A stretch of 64,000 nucleotides of DNA from Gemmatimonadota bacterium (GTDB lineage Bacteria; Gemmatimonadota; Gemmatimonadetes; Gemmatimonadales; Gemmatimonadaceae), in contig PMAE01000041.1 of assembly GCA_003152485.1 (NCBI GenBank), positions 20,235-84,234 on the forward strand, given 5' to 3'. The stretch's first letter is position 1. The number at the start of each line of letters is the position of its first letter. Below, piece by piece: positions 8,584 to 18,113 of the stretch. The notes below the pieces were generated by a model. It ran no database searches, was not told the DNA's origin, and worked only from the letters and a program-made list of their open reading frames with translations. The translations under genes were made by a program, and so were the position numbers.

Positions 8584-8655
8584 TCATACTCCAGCGCCGA
8601 ATCCGTCTCGCTGGAACGGATCGATCTGGTAGCGGATCACGCACGCGATCGTCAT
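8584..8655 (-). pseudogene. possible NIPSNAP-family N-terminal stub
   Basis: Minus-strand ATG 8655 gives MTIACVIRYQIDPFQRDGFGAGV*. The first ~19 residues look like the conserved opening of NIPSNAP proteins. The frame then terminates and no continuation was found in any frame. Confidence 0.3.
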
Positions 8656-8839
8656 GGGTGCCCTCTGAGTGGTCGGTCCGGCTGAAGGGTCGCCGTAGCC
8701 AAGCGTGAGCGCTGCACCCGTCGCCACGAGAACCCCGATGGCCCCGCGACGGCTGATCTACTCGGTTGACGGCGCCTTCGGATGCATGCCAGACAAGATG
8801 CGAGTTGCCGTACAGGAACGCTTCGTTTACAATCGAAGT

Positions 8840-9544
8840 ATGAATGTCGACCATCACGCCGAGGCCGCCGTGTCCAGAATCGCGGCCGCCATCGGCGAGC
8901 CGGCACGCGCTCGTATGCTTTACTGCCTGGTGGACGGCCGCGCGCGCACTAGCACCGAGCTCGCGATGGTCGCTGACGTCGCCCCGTCAACGGCCAGCGT
9001 GCACCTGCAGCGGCTGAAGACCCAGCGCCTGGTGAAGGTGCTCGCCCAGGGGAAGCACCGATACTACAGCCTGGACGGGGCCAATGTGGCTGCCACGCTC
9101 GAAGCCCTGAGCGTGTTGGCCGGCGGCTCCCGCGATGCATTCGTGCCCGATACGCCAGGCCCGCTGCGCGCGGCACGGACCTGCTACGATCACATCGCGG
9201 GCACCCTGGGCGTGGCGCTGTATGACCGGTTCACGACGCTGGGATGGCTGGCATCCAATTCGAAGGGTGGCGACAATGCATGCGACCTCACCGTCAATGG
9301 GACGCAGGCGTTTGAGGCGCTGCGCATAGACATCGAGGCCATGCGGCCGCTCCGTCGCCGGTTCGCGTACGCCTGTGTGGACTGGAGTGAGCGGCGGCCC
9401 CATCTCGGCGGGGCGCTCGGCGCAGTCCTACTGGACGCCGCGCTGAAGAGAAAATGGGTGCTCCAGCATCGCGACAGTCGGATCTTGGCCGTCACGAACT
9501 ATGGGCGACGTGAAATGTTGACTCGGTTCGGCGTACAATGGTGA
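8840..9544 (+). CDS. ArsR/SmtB-family transcriptional regulator with C-terminal extension
   Basis: ATG 8840. wHTH: ARMLYCLVDGRARTSTELAMVADVAPSTASVHLQRLKTQRLVKVLAQGKHRYYSL. Confidence 0.8.
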   Translation: MNVDHHAEAAVSRIAAAIGEPARARMLYCLVDGRARTSTELAMVADVAPSTASVHLQRLKTQRLVKVLAQGKHRYYSLDGANVAATLEALSVLAGGSRDAFVPDTPGPLRAARTCYDHIAGTLGVALYDRFTTLGWLASNSKGGDNACDLTVNGTQAFEALRIDIEAMRPLRRRFAYACVDWSERRPHLGGALGAVLLDAALKRKWVLQHRDSRILAVTNYGRREMLTRFGVQW

Positions 9545-9562
9545 ACGATGCAGGCGCGATCC

Positions 9563-10330
9563 CTACGCTTGTTGCTCGGCGGCGCTCGGACCGGTCGCCG
9601 TCACTGGCAGCAGGTCGCAGAACACGAACCCATCACGCAGCACGACCGCGCCGATGTCGATGGGCACCGGGTGCTGGAACCCGGGTCCGTTGAACACGAA
9701 GGTGTGGAACTCCCCGTTCTCCCCACAGGGATCGACACCGCTGGGTAGCTCCCGAAGCAATGCCGCATCAAAGAGCCGCCCGGCGAACGATGGATCGAGC
9801 TGCCCAGGATCGACGCACACGAGCACGGCCTGAAAGCCGCGCGCGATGAATTCGCGCGCCAATGCGGCGGTGTCGCGCAACCACAACGGGAATAGTCCCC
9901 GCATCCCGAGCACGCCAAGTTGTCGCTCGCGATACGTACGGACGTCCGTCAGAAACAAGTCCCCGTACGCCACCCGCGTCACTCCCCGTGCACGGGCGGG
10001 CGCGAGCGCCGCGGCGAACGCGGCTTCATATGCGTCGTTGGACGCCTGTACCGGAATGCGCGCCTCGAGCAGCGGGAGCCCAACCGCCTTCGCCTGTGCG
10101 GCGAGCAACGTTCGCCGGACGCCATGCATGCTGATCCGTTCGTAGCCGGCCGTGACCGTCGTCACGAGCGCGTCGACACGCACCGCGTCGTCGGCCCGCA
10201 GCGCCTCGAGCGCCAGCGCGCTGTCTTTGCCGCCGCTCCAGGCGAGGAGCACCGCCTCACGTGGATCCTCCGCTCGCACGGCCACCGCTGGTTGCTCACC
10301 GGCCGTTGGCCGATCGGTCACTGATCGCAC
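9563..10330 (-). CDS. PP-loop ATP pyrophosphatase, Dph6/MJ0570-related (ATP_bind_4)
   Basis: LLAWSGGKDSALAL PP-loop and C-terminal ...GENGEFHTFVF motif. GTG 10330 or 10321 lies just downstream of the kinase stop at 10351. The track start 10570 would overlap the kinase gene. Confidence 0.75.
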   Translation of the reverse strand: MRSVTDRPTAGEQPAVAVRAEDPREAVLLAWSGGKDSALALEALRADDAVRVDALVTTVTAGYERISMHGVRRTLLAAQAKAVGLPLLEARIPVQASNDAYEAAFAAALAPARARGVTRVAYGDLFLTDVRTYRERQLGVLGMRGLFPLWLRDTAALAREFIARGFQAVLVCVDPGQLDPSFAGRLFDAALLRELPSGVDPCGENGEFHTFVFNGPGFQHPVPIDIGAVVLRDGFVFCDLLPVTATGPSAAEQQA

Positions 10331-10350
10331 GAGTCCCCGCCGATCGCTGT

Positions 10351-12558
10351 TCAGAGCTGCTTCCGGACCGCCTCGAACCGCGGGTCGCCGCGCAAGGAAT
10401 TGAGGTCGGCGTCGTTCTCCAGCCATTCCCGATGCCCGAAGCCATTCTGGACCGCTTTCTCCAGACACATGATCGCGTCCTCGGTCTCCCCCAGGATCGC
10501 ATAGCTGCAGGCGACGTTGTACAGCACGCCTGAGTCCTCCGGGTCGATAGTGAACGCACGCCGTACCCACTCGAGACCCCGATCCCGGTCTCCGAGCATC
10601 ACCAACGCGCTCGCACCCAAGTACAAGGCACGGGCGTCATCGGGGTTGAGCTCCAGGTGCTTCTCCACCACGGCCAGTCCGCGGCGGAGCACCGCCTGCG
10701 CATCTGTCACGCGGCCCAGGCTGGTGAGCGGGCCCTGCATCAACAGGAGGGCCTGATAGTCTTCCGGGCGCACGCGGGCGGCATCCTCGTAGCGCCGCGC
10801 GGCCTCCTCCAGCTTGCCCTCTTGCATGCATGCGCGTGCGTACAAGTAGTGGGCCTCATACAGCTTTGGGTTGAGCCGGATCGCCGTCTCGAACTCGCGC
10901 CGTGCCTCGTCATACCGCTTGCTCAGGGAGACGGCGAAGCCCCGGGATGCGTGCGCTTCCGCTAACTCAGGGCCGAGCTCGAGCGCCTTCTTGCTGTATG
11001 TGTCGGCCCCGTCGAGGTTGGCCTTGCTCGCGTCCCAATACATGTAGAGAAACGAGCAACAGTCGGACGCGCCGGCATAGGCGAGCGCGTAACTGGGGTC
11101 GATCTCCATTGCGCGCTCGAACATGCGCCGGGCAAACTGGATGCCCGTCCGACGAAATTGGTGGAAGAACTGGCGACCGCGGAGGTAGTAGTCGTAGGCC
11201 TCGATGTCGGTGGTGGGCGCGGCTTCGATCGCCCGCTTTTCCTCCTCGCTGAGCACGACCCGAAGCGCCCGCACGATGTTCTCCGCGATCTCATCCTGGA
11301 TCGCGAAGACGTCCTCCAACTGCCGATCGTAGCGCTCTGACCACAGATGATAGCCGTCACCGACGTTGACCAGTTGGGCCGTCACCCGAAGCTTGTTGCC
11401 GGCCTTGCGCACGCTCCCTTCCAGTACCGTGGCCACCTTGAGCGCCGCCCCGATCTCGCCGATGTCCTTGCTCTTGCCCTTGAAGGCGAACGACGACGTG
11501 CGCGACGCGACCCGCAGTGACTGAATCTTGCTCAACGCGTTGATGATCTCCTCGGCAATGCCGTCGGTGAAGTATTCGTTCTCCGGATCGGCGCTCATAT
11601 TGACGAAGGGCAACACCGCGATCGACTTCGCGGCGACGGTCGTGGGCGCGACCGATGGGGATCGCGCCATCGCTGGCGGCGTACTCCCGGCGTGCACCAC
11701 CAGCGCCTGCGCCAACTGCGCGGCCGTGGCGAACCGGTCGGCTGGCACTCTGGCTAAGGCTTTGGTTACCGCGTGCTCGATCTCCTCCGACGCGGTGGGC
11801 CGGGCCGCACGGAGCACGGGTACCGGTTCGGTGAAGCGCTTGCTGATGACCGCCTGTGCGGTCGGGCCCGTGAACGGTGGCGTCCCGGCCAGCATCTCGT
11901 AGAGCACGCACCCCAGGCTGTAGATGTCGCTCCGGCCATCAGGCTCAGCCTCGCCCGCCGCTTGCTCGGGACTCATGTACGCCGGCGTGCCAACCACCAT
12001 CCCCGTTTGCGTCAGCGTCTGTCCAGCGGATGCACTGATGGCCTTGGCGATCCCGAAGTCGGTCACTAGTGCCTCGCCCTCGTGCAGCATCACGTTCTCG
12101 GGCTTGATGTCGCGGTGCACGACTTGGTGGCGATGGGCATAGTCGAGAGCCCCCGCCACGTTGCGGGCGATCTGGACGGCGTCCTCGATCGGCAACTGCT
12201 TCTCTCGGTTTAACCGCTGACGGAGTGACTCCCCCTCCACGAAGGGCATGACGTAGTAGAGAAGCTCGCCGGCCTGACCGGAGTCGTAGAGCGGAACGAT
12301 GTGCGTGTGGTTGAGCCGGGCCGCGACCTTGATCTCGCGGAGAAACCGCTCCGGTCCCAAGCTCACGGCGAGTTCGGGATGGAGGACCTTGAGCGCCACC
12401 ATCCGATCGTGTTTGAGATCCTGGGCCAGGTAGACAGTCGCCATCCCCCCACGCCCGAGCTCGCGCTCGAGCCTGTAGCGATCTTGGAGTGCGTCGGTCA
12501 ACGCAGGAGTCGCGAGCGCCACGAGGACAACCGGGGATCGGGGAATTGGAATCTGCAC
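10351..12558 (-). CDS. Ser/Thr protein kinase with TolB_N-like module and C-terminal TPR repeats
   Basis: GRGGMATVYLAQDLKHDRMVALKVL, HRDIKPENV, DFGIA and SPEQ motifs. These are followed by IAVLPFVNMSADPENEYFTDGIAEEI and multiple TPRs. Confidence 0.9.
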   Translation of the reverse strand: MQIPIPRSPVVLVALATPALTDALQDRYRLERELGRGGMATVYLAQDLKHDRMVALKVLHPELAVSLGPERFLREIKVAARLNHTHIVPLYDSGQAGELLYYVMPFVEGESLRQRLNREKQLPIEDAVQIARNVAGALDYAHRHQVVHRDIKPENVMLHEGEALVTDFGIAKAISASAGQTLTQTGMVVGTPAYMSPEQAAGEAEPDGRSDIYSLGCVLYEMLAGTPPFTGPTAQAVISKRFTEPVPVLRAARPTASEEIEHAVTKALARVPADRFATAAQLAQALVVHAGSTPPAMARSPSVAPTTVAAKSIAVLPFVNMSADPENEYFTDGIAEEIINALSKIQSLRVASRTSSFAFKGKSKDIGEIGAALKVATVLEGSVRKAGNKLRVTAQLVNVGDGYHLWSERYDRQLEDVFAIQDEIAENIVRALRVVLSEEEKRAIEAAPTTDIEAYDYYLRGRQFFHQFRRTGIQFARRMFERAMEIDPSYALAYAGASDCCSFLYMYWDASKANLDGADTYSKKALELGPELAEAHASRGFAVSLSKRYDEARREFETAIRLNPKLYEAHYLYARACMQEGKLEEAARRYEDAARVRPEDYQALLLMQGPLTSLGRVTDAQAVLRRGLAVVEKHLELNPDDARALYLGASALVMLGDRDRGLEWVRRAFTIDPEDSGVLYNVACSYAILGETEDAIMCLEKAVQNGFGHREWLENDADLNSLRGDPRFEAVRKQL

Positions 12559-12879
12559 CTACTAGCACCATCGGTGCTAGCGCGGATCACGGACGATCAG
12601 GAGCGGGTCAAGCATAGGGCCCCACAGGCTCCACAGCTAGCTACGCGGTGCCCATCGACGTGCTGAACGCGTATCCACGGGCGCCAGCCGGCCCCGACCT
12701 CGTCGCGTACGTCAACACGGTCACGCTGTCGCTCGACAACTGGTAGTATCCAGCCACCACGCGCGGGCTGCACGGGCCAGCCACATTTGAAATTCGAGGC
12801 GAGACCCAACAACGTTCGAGTCTCAGCCTGAGACCGAGACAGTCAACACCTCTTCAGGACCTAGGCGGCCACTTCCTAT

Positions 12880-13116
12880 ATGAATCACGTCGTGGACTTT
12901 CCGCTTCTCGTTTTCGCGACCTCGTTCATCGCGCTGTGGCTCTCGGCGCTGATCGGCAGCGTCGTTCGCCGGCGGCTACGGCCGTTCAACGAAGACCAGC
13001 GGGACGCGTACGGGGTTGTTCAGACCGCCGCCCTGTCGCTGCTGGGCCACGGCTGTGGCGTGCGCTCCTCAGTCGAGCGCAGTCCAGACTTCGGCCCCTG
13101 GGCGACTCAGCCGTGA
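12880..13116 (+). pseudogene. DUF4239-like membrane protein, N-terminal fragment
   Basis: MNHVVDFPLLVFATSFIALWLSALIGSVVRRRLRPFNEDQRDAYGVVQTAALSLLG resembles the first TM and loop of DUF4239 proteins. It then degenerates and runs into the 3' end of the convergent GT gene. Confidence 0.4.
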
Positions 13117-14348
13117 CCACCTGCGAACCGCTCAATGCGCTCGGCGGCCTCCCGGGCCCCGCCAAAACTCCGCATTGATTCGGCGACCCGGCGAGCGGAC
13201 TTCCTATAACAGGGCTCGTTCAACACGCGGTGCACCTTGGCGCTAAAGTCGGCCACATCGATGCGTTTTTCACCGTCCACGCCATCGACTGGCAATACAA
13301 TCTCGCCCGCGCCTAATGCTACCACACGGCGGGCATTGCTCTCGCGCTCCGTGATGGTCGGGATGATCACCGCCGGCGTGCCGGCCGACAATCCCGTCAT
13401 GACCGAGCTGTGACCCCCATGATGCACCATGAGGTCGCAGCGCTCAGCCATCGCGCGACCTGGCAGATAGGCGGCGTGATGAAAGTTTGACGGCAGCGTG
13501 CCAATGTCCTTCGGCACCTCCTGGTAGCCGGTGGTCAGCACGACTTGCGCGGGCGAATCACCCAACGCTGCGATGGCCGCGCGAATCACCACGACCGAGT
13601 CCAGACGAGTCGGAACGCTGCCGTATCTGGGATTGCCGGAGTAGACCCAGATCACGGGCTTGTCGCGACTGAGCGTGGTGACCCAGTCTGGCAGCGTGGC
13701 ATTGCCGCGCTGCCAGATAATTGGTCCGACGTACCTGACAGCTGCCGTCGCGGGCAGCGGATCCGTTTCCGGTGTGCCGACGATCAGGGACAGGTCGCCC
13801 GCCAGCAGATCGACGCAGCGCGCAACCGGGGCCACGCCGTGTTCCGCCGCCACTTTGTTGATGACCGCCACCGCGCTGGGCAATCCGGCCGGCCGCTCAC
13901 CCTTCCACCAGAGAAACCCATCGCTCGCCGGATGGAAATTGCCCTGGAGCACGGTGGCGAGTGGCACCTCGAGAATGCGGGCGGCGAGACACGTGAGCAG
14001 TCCAAACGAATCGACCACGACATCGGGGCCGAAATCACGCACTACATCGACGTGGAGATTGGTCGCCGCCCGCACATACTCCTCATCGCCATACAGCGTG
14101 GCAAACATTTGCTCCGCATCCCACGACGCGCTCACTTGCGCGAAGTCGAACACGGGAGTTGGCAGAGCCCGCGATGGTATGGGGAGGTTGGCCAGCCCTG
14201 CATCATCGATCAGTCGGGCCGGCGCCGGCGCGGGGTTGAACACGGCGACGTCGTGCCCACGATCGGCGAGCGCCCGCGCGATGGGCACCAGACGCGTCGG
14301 CAGACCGAGGTCGTTCGCCGGCATCATGGTAAACAAGAACTTGGCCAT
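13107..14348 (-). CDS. GT1-family (MGT/UGT-type) glycosyltransferase
   Basis: ATG 14348 is preceded by GGAGGGA. GT-B signature HHGGHSSVMTGLSAGTPAVIIP. N-terminal MAKFLFTMMPANDLGLPTRLVPIARALADRGHDV. Confidence 0.85.
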   Translation of the reverse strand: MAKFLFTMMPANDLGLPTRLVPIARALADRGHDVAVFNPAPAPARLIDDAGLANLPIPSRALPTPVFDFAQVSASWDAEQMFATLYGDEEYVRAATNLHVDVVRDFGPDVVVDSFGLLTCLAARILEVPLATVLQGNFHPASDGFLWWKGERPAGLPSAVAVINKVAAEHGVAPVARCVDLLAGDLSLIVGTPETDPLPATAAVRYVGPIIWQRGNATLPDWVTTLSRDKPVIWVYSGNPRYGSVPTRLDSVVVIRAAIAALGDSPAQVVLTTGYQEVPKDIGTLPSNFHHAAYLPGRAMAERCDLMVHHGGHSSVMTGLSAGTPAVIIPTITERESNARRVVALGAGEIVLPVDGVDGEKRIDVADFSAKVHRVLNEPCYRKSARRVAESMRSFGGAREAAERIERFAGGHG

Positions 14349-14406
14349 CGAGTCCCTCCACGATTTGTCTACGTGCAGTTGCGAACCCCGGGATTCGATC
14401 TCTCGC

Positions 14407-17400
14407 CTACCCACTGACCGCGACCGCTCGCACGTTGTCCTCCGGTGTTCGGTCGATCAGCTTGTTGTACGGATCGATCCCCGCCTTGAGCGGACGTTCC
14501 GGCACCACGAAGTCGACCGACATCCGATCGCTGGTCACGTGTACTTTGCGCACCGCCAGTGGTTTCCCCAGCGCGTTGCCCGGCTCCGGTGCGCCGAACA
14601 CGCCGACGTCGATGTAGTCAGCCACCGGGATTTCGGTCTGGTTGCCCAGGCTGTCCGCGCGCAACTTGCGGGCTGAAAAGGCGAGATGGACGGCATAGGT
14701 GCCATCGGGCCGCTTGCGCGCCGTCGCGGTGTCCGCCCGGTTGTCATACAGGGTAATCGTCTCGAACAGATCGTGGATCACGTACTGCAGCGAATCGGGC
14801 GTGACGGCGCGGATGTATTGCAGCAGGTCCGTCGAGATCGTGTAGGGCGGGTTCTGGAACGCCTTGGCCCGTATGTACCGGCGGAGCGCCACGTTGAGCG
14901 AATCTTCGCCGATGTAGTCGCGTAGTGCATAGAACGCCAGTGAGCCCTTGTTGTAGTGGATGTAGGGCTGGCCCTCCACCAGCATCAACGGCATTTCCTT
15001 TTTCTTTTCCGCGCTGCGGCCGCGAAGGTACATGTCGAGCTCGTAGCGCAGGAACTTCTTGGCGCGCGAGGCGCCGTATCTGTGCTCCATCACCGTCAGC
15101 GCAGAATACTCGGCCAGCGATTCGGTAAGCATCGCCGCGCCTTGCACGTTGGCGGGGACGATCTGATGACCCCACCACTGGTGAGCCAGCTCGTGGGCAG
15201 TGACGAACAACGGCGTATCGAGGTCGTCGTCTCCGTCGCGGACCCGGGCCACGAAGCCGATGCCTTCCGAGTACGGGACCGTGTTGGGGAAGGACTCGGC
15301 GAACGTTTGATACCGCGGAAACTCGATGATGCGGTACTGACGGAACTGGTATGGGCTGAAATTCGTCGTGTAGTAGTCCAGGCCCCGCTTTGTCGCGTCG
15401 ATCATGCGATCGACGTCGTATTCGTGCCCCAGGTGGTAGTAGACGTCGATCGCGACGCCCTTGTACTGATCGTGGCGCACCTGGTAGCGACCCGATTGGA
15501 TCGAGTACAGGTTGACCATCGGCACGTCCATGTGGTAGGAGAACACACGGCGCCCGTTCTCGATGGAGTCGCGCTGTAAGTAGCCCGGCGCAATTGCGAT
15601 CTGGTCTGGCGCGGTGCTCACGTCAGCATCGAAGGTGATCCAGTCGGCATCGCCCGACAACGCGTTGTCTTCCCGCGCCGCCGTATCACTGATCGACGGC
15701 GAGCGCGCCTTGGGCCCGAGTTTGTGCTCTTTTCGCTTGTCATCATCCCCGAGCTCGGGAGTATCGTCGTATCCCAGCCCTGGGAAATACGTGTTGTTCA
15801 GGAACGTTCCGTTCGCCACGATGTCGTTGTTCGGGTGCGCGTTGGGGAACCCAGGCGCTGAGAAATGTCCGCCGAATGTCAACGTCATCGAGTCCCCGGG
15901 GGCGAGCGGCGTCGTCAGCCGGTACAGGTAGACGCCGCGCGCGCTGTCCGTCACCAGCACACGGGTTGGCCGGCTCCACACCAGCGAGTCAACGCGGTAC
16001 CCGGACGATGACCAAACGCCGCCGCCGATATTCCCTCCGAACCCGACCGCGGGGAGAGCGACGAACAGGCTATCGATGGGACGGCCGTGCTTGTTGACGA
16101 TGCGATAGACGCTCTGCAGGGCAAACGCCCGACGCTCGGGGACCAGGTCGGCGCGGATGCGCACACCCACGATCCGCGGCTGCGCGAGATCTTTGAAGCG
16201 CCGGTAATCTTGCTCGTACGCCACCCGGCGCCGCTCGATGTCCTTGGTGCTGGCGAAGGGATTGAGGACGGCGGTGTTGTAGAATACGAACCCGCCCGCG
16301 GCGACCGCGCCGACCGCCGTCACGCCGCCGAGCAGGCGAGTCACGCCGCTCCGCCAGCGCTCGCCGGCTTCGCGGAGCCGCGATGGCCACCCGTCGTCGC
16401 TGCCCCGAATCCAGAAGAGGTAAACGACGACCAGCAGCACCGCGGCGATCGCCGAATTGTAGACACCGACCCACGTTAGGAACGGCGCATAATGGCCGAA
16501 CCGGTTCATGTCCGAGTAGATGAACTCGGGCGGCTGCCCATACTGATACAGCACGCGTTCGAAGCCCCAAGCGCTCAGCACGGCAGTCAGTACGTAGAAC
16601 ACGATCATGACCATGTGGCCAACGTATTTGTTGTTGACCAGCGTGTGCACGAGGAGCGCCAACACCGTGAGTTGCACCGTGGTCGGCCACACGACGCCCA
16701 ACAAGACTTGTGCGTACAGCGGGAATTCGTAGTGGTGATAGCCCTTGAGAGTCTGCACTCCCAGTGTTGAAAGCCCGACGACCATCAGCATGACGGCCAT
16801 CGCGGCGAGGAAGCCGAGCAGCTTGCCGCCGACCACAACGGTCGTCGGGACCGGCAGCGCGTCGGTGGCACCATCCGCACGCAGTTGCCGCTCGCGCCAC
16901 ACCAGTTCTCCAGCGTAGATCGTCGTCAAGAGAATGACGAACAGAACCACGCCGCCATTGAGCCAGCGGATCATCTCCGCGGTCACCGGCCAGATCGGCG
17001 TGCCATAGAGTCGGTCGGAATACCACGCACCCAGGCCAGTGTTGACTAAGGCGATGATCGAGAGCGCAAGGAACACCGGCTCGCGCACGATCGAGGCAAA
17101 GAAGAATCGCCCGAGCCCGATGAGTTGACTCACTCGAGCCCGACCGTCGTACCGAAGGGTCACCGCCGGGAGCGCGAGTCCCGCCGCCGAGTTTGCCGGC
17201 CGACGTGGAGCCTCGGGATGCACCGGCGTCCGTGATCCCCGCCGCCACCAACGCGGGATGAGGGTCCGCGCCTCGACTTCGAGCCGCACGAACCCGAACG
17301 CAAACGCCAGAATCGCGACCGCGATCCCGACCCACAGCAGCCGGTTCCAGAGCATCGGGCCGGCCTGCGGGATGAAGCGGGCATTCTTTTCCGCCACCGT

Positions 17401-18069
17401 CCAGTACCGGGTCGCGATGCCGATCGTGGTCAGCGCGAACGGGTCCACCACGGCGGCCAGCGACAGCTTGTCGAGGTCACCGAGGATGTTCTGTGAGATG
17501 GCCCAGATGGCGAGCAGCGCCACGCCCTGGACGTAGATGGCGAGCAGATTTCGGGTAAGGGCGCCGATGGCGAAGAACAGCGCGCTGATGAACAGGATGT
17601 TGGGCACGACGATGAGCACGAATGGCTGTACGTAACTCATCAGGTGGAACGCCTGCAGCTTGTCGTGATCCACCCAGGGCATGAGGGTGCCGACCAAGGA
17701 CCCCAGTGGCAGCGCGAGATAGACGCACAGCATGACGAGGAAGGCCCCGACGAACCGGCCAGCCAGATAGCCACTGCGTGTCACCCGCGTGGTGAAAAGC
17801 AGTTCGTGCGACTTGAGCTGCACGTCACGCAGAATCGCCGTTCCCATGAGCGCCGTCGTAATGACCTGTCCCACCGCGCACACGACGGCCATCGTTTGGG
17901 CCAGCACGACTGGCGCGTTCTTATTCACCTGCCCCTGGTTGTCGAACAGGACGACGGCGTCGGACGCCATGGCGAAGTACGTGAACAGGAACAGCGTGGC
18001 GAAAAACAGGTAGGTGGAGGCGCGCCGCCTGTGATAGGCCAGCTCGAAACGGAGGACGGTCCAGAACAC
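14407..18069 (-). CDS. ABC-2 type permease fused to M1-family aminopeptidase domain
   Basis: The N-terminal ~560 aa are polytopic membrane segments. The C-terminal part carries HELAHQWWGH (HExxH) and ESLAEY (third zinc ligand) of M1 gluzincins. Confidence 0.9.
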   Translation of the reverse strand: MFWTVLRFELAYHRRRASTYLFFATLFLFTYFAMASDAVVLFDNQGQVNKNAPVVLAQTMAVVCAVGQVITTALMGTAILRDVQLKSHELLFTTRVTRSGYLAGRFVGAFLVMLCVYLALPLGSLVGTLMPWVDHDKLQAFHLMSYVQPFVLIVVPNILFISALFFAIGALTRNLLAIYVQGVALLAIWAISQNILGDLDKLSLAAVVDPFALTTIGIATRYWTVAEKNARFIPQAGPMLWNRLLWVGIAVAILAFAFGFVRLEVEARTLIPRWWRRGSRTPVHPEAPRRPANSAAGLALPAVTLRYDGRARVSQLIGLGRFFFASIVREPVFLALSIIALVNTGLGAWYSDRLYGTPIWPVTAEMIRWLNGGVVLFVILLTTIYAGELVWRERQLRADGATDALPVPTTVVVGGKLLGFLAAMAVMLMVVGLSTLGVQTLKGYHHYEFPLYAQVLLGVVWPTTVQLTVLALLVHTLVNNKYVGHMVMIVFYVLTAVLSAWGFERVLYQYGQPPEFIYSDMNRFGHYAPFLTWVGVYNSAIAAVLLVVVYLFWIRGSDDGWPSRLREAGERWRSGVTRLLGGVTAVGAVAAGGFVFYNTAVLNPFASTKDIERRRVAYEQDYRRFKDLAQPRIVGVRIRADLVPERRAFALQSVYRIVNKHGRPIDSLFVALPAVGFGGNIGGGVWSSSGYRVDSLVWSRPTRVLVTDSARGVYLYRLTTPLAPGDSMTLTFGGHFSAPGFPNAHPNNDIVANGTFLNNTYFPGLGYDDTPELGDDDKRKEHKLGPKARSPSISDTAAREDNALSGDADWITFDADVSTAPDQIAIAPGYLQRDSIENGRRVFSYHMDVPMVNLYSIQSGRYQVRHDQYKGVAIDVYYHLGHEYDVDRMIDATKRGLDYYTTNFSPYQFRQYRIIEFPRYQTFAESFPNTVPYSEGIGFVARVRDGDDDLDTPLFVTAHELAHQWWGHQIVPANVQGAAMLTESLAEYSALTVMEHRYGASRAKKFLRYELDMYLRGRSAEKKKEMPLMLVEGQPYIHYNKGSLAFYALRDYIGEDSLNVALRRYIRAKAFQNPPYTISTDLLQYIRAVTPDSLQYVIHDLFETITLYDNRADTATARKRPDGTYAVHLAFSARKLRADSLGNQTEIPVADYIDVGVFGAPEPGNALGKPLAVRKVHVTSDRMSVDFVVPERPLKAGIDPYNKLIDRTPEDNVRAVAVSG

Positions 18070-18113
18070 GACGGATGCCTCGGGACGAGGAAGTGGAACG
18101 GGCGAGCGGTACT

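Noticed and set aside
12637-12765. 41-codon stop-to-stop frame ...YAVPIDVLNAYPRAPAGPDLVAYVNTVTLSLDNW* upstream of the kinase gene
   Set aside because: It has coding-like composition but no start codon and no recognisable family. It is too short to support.
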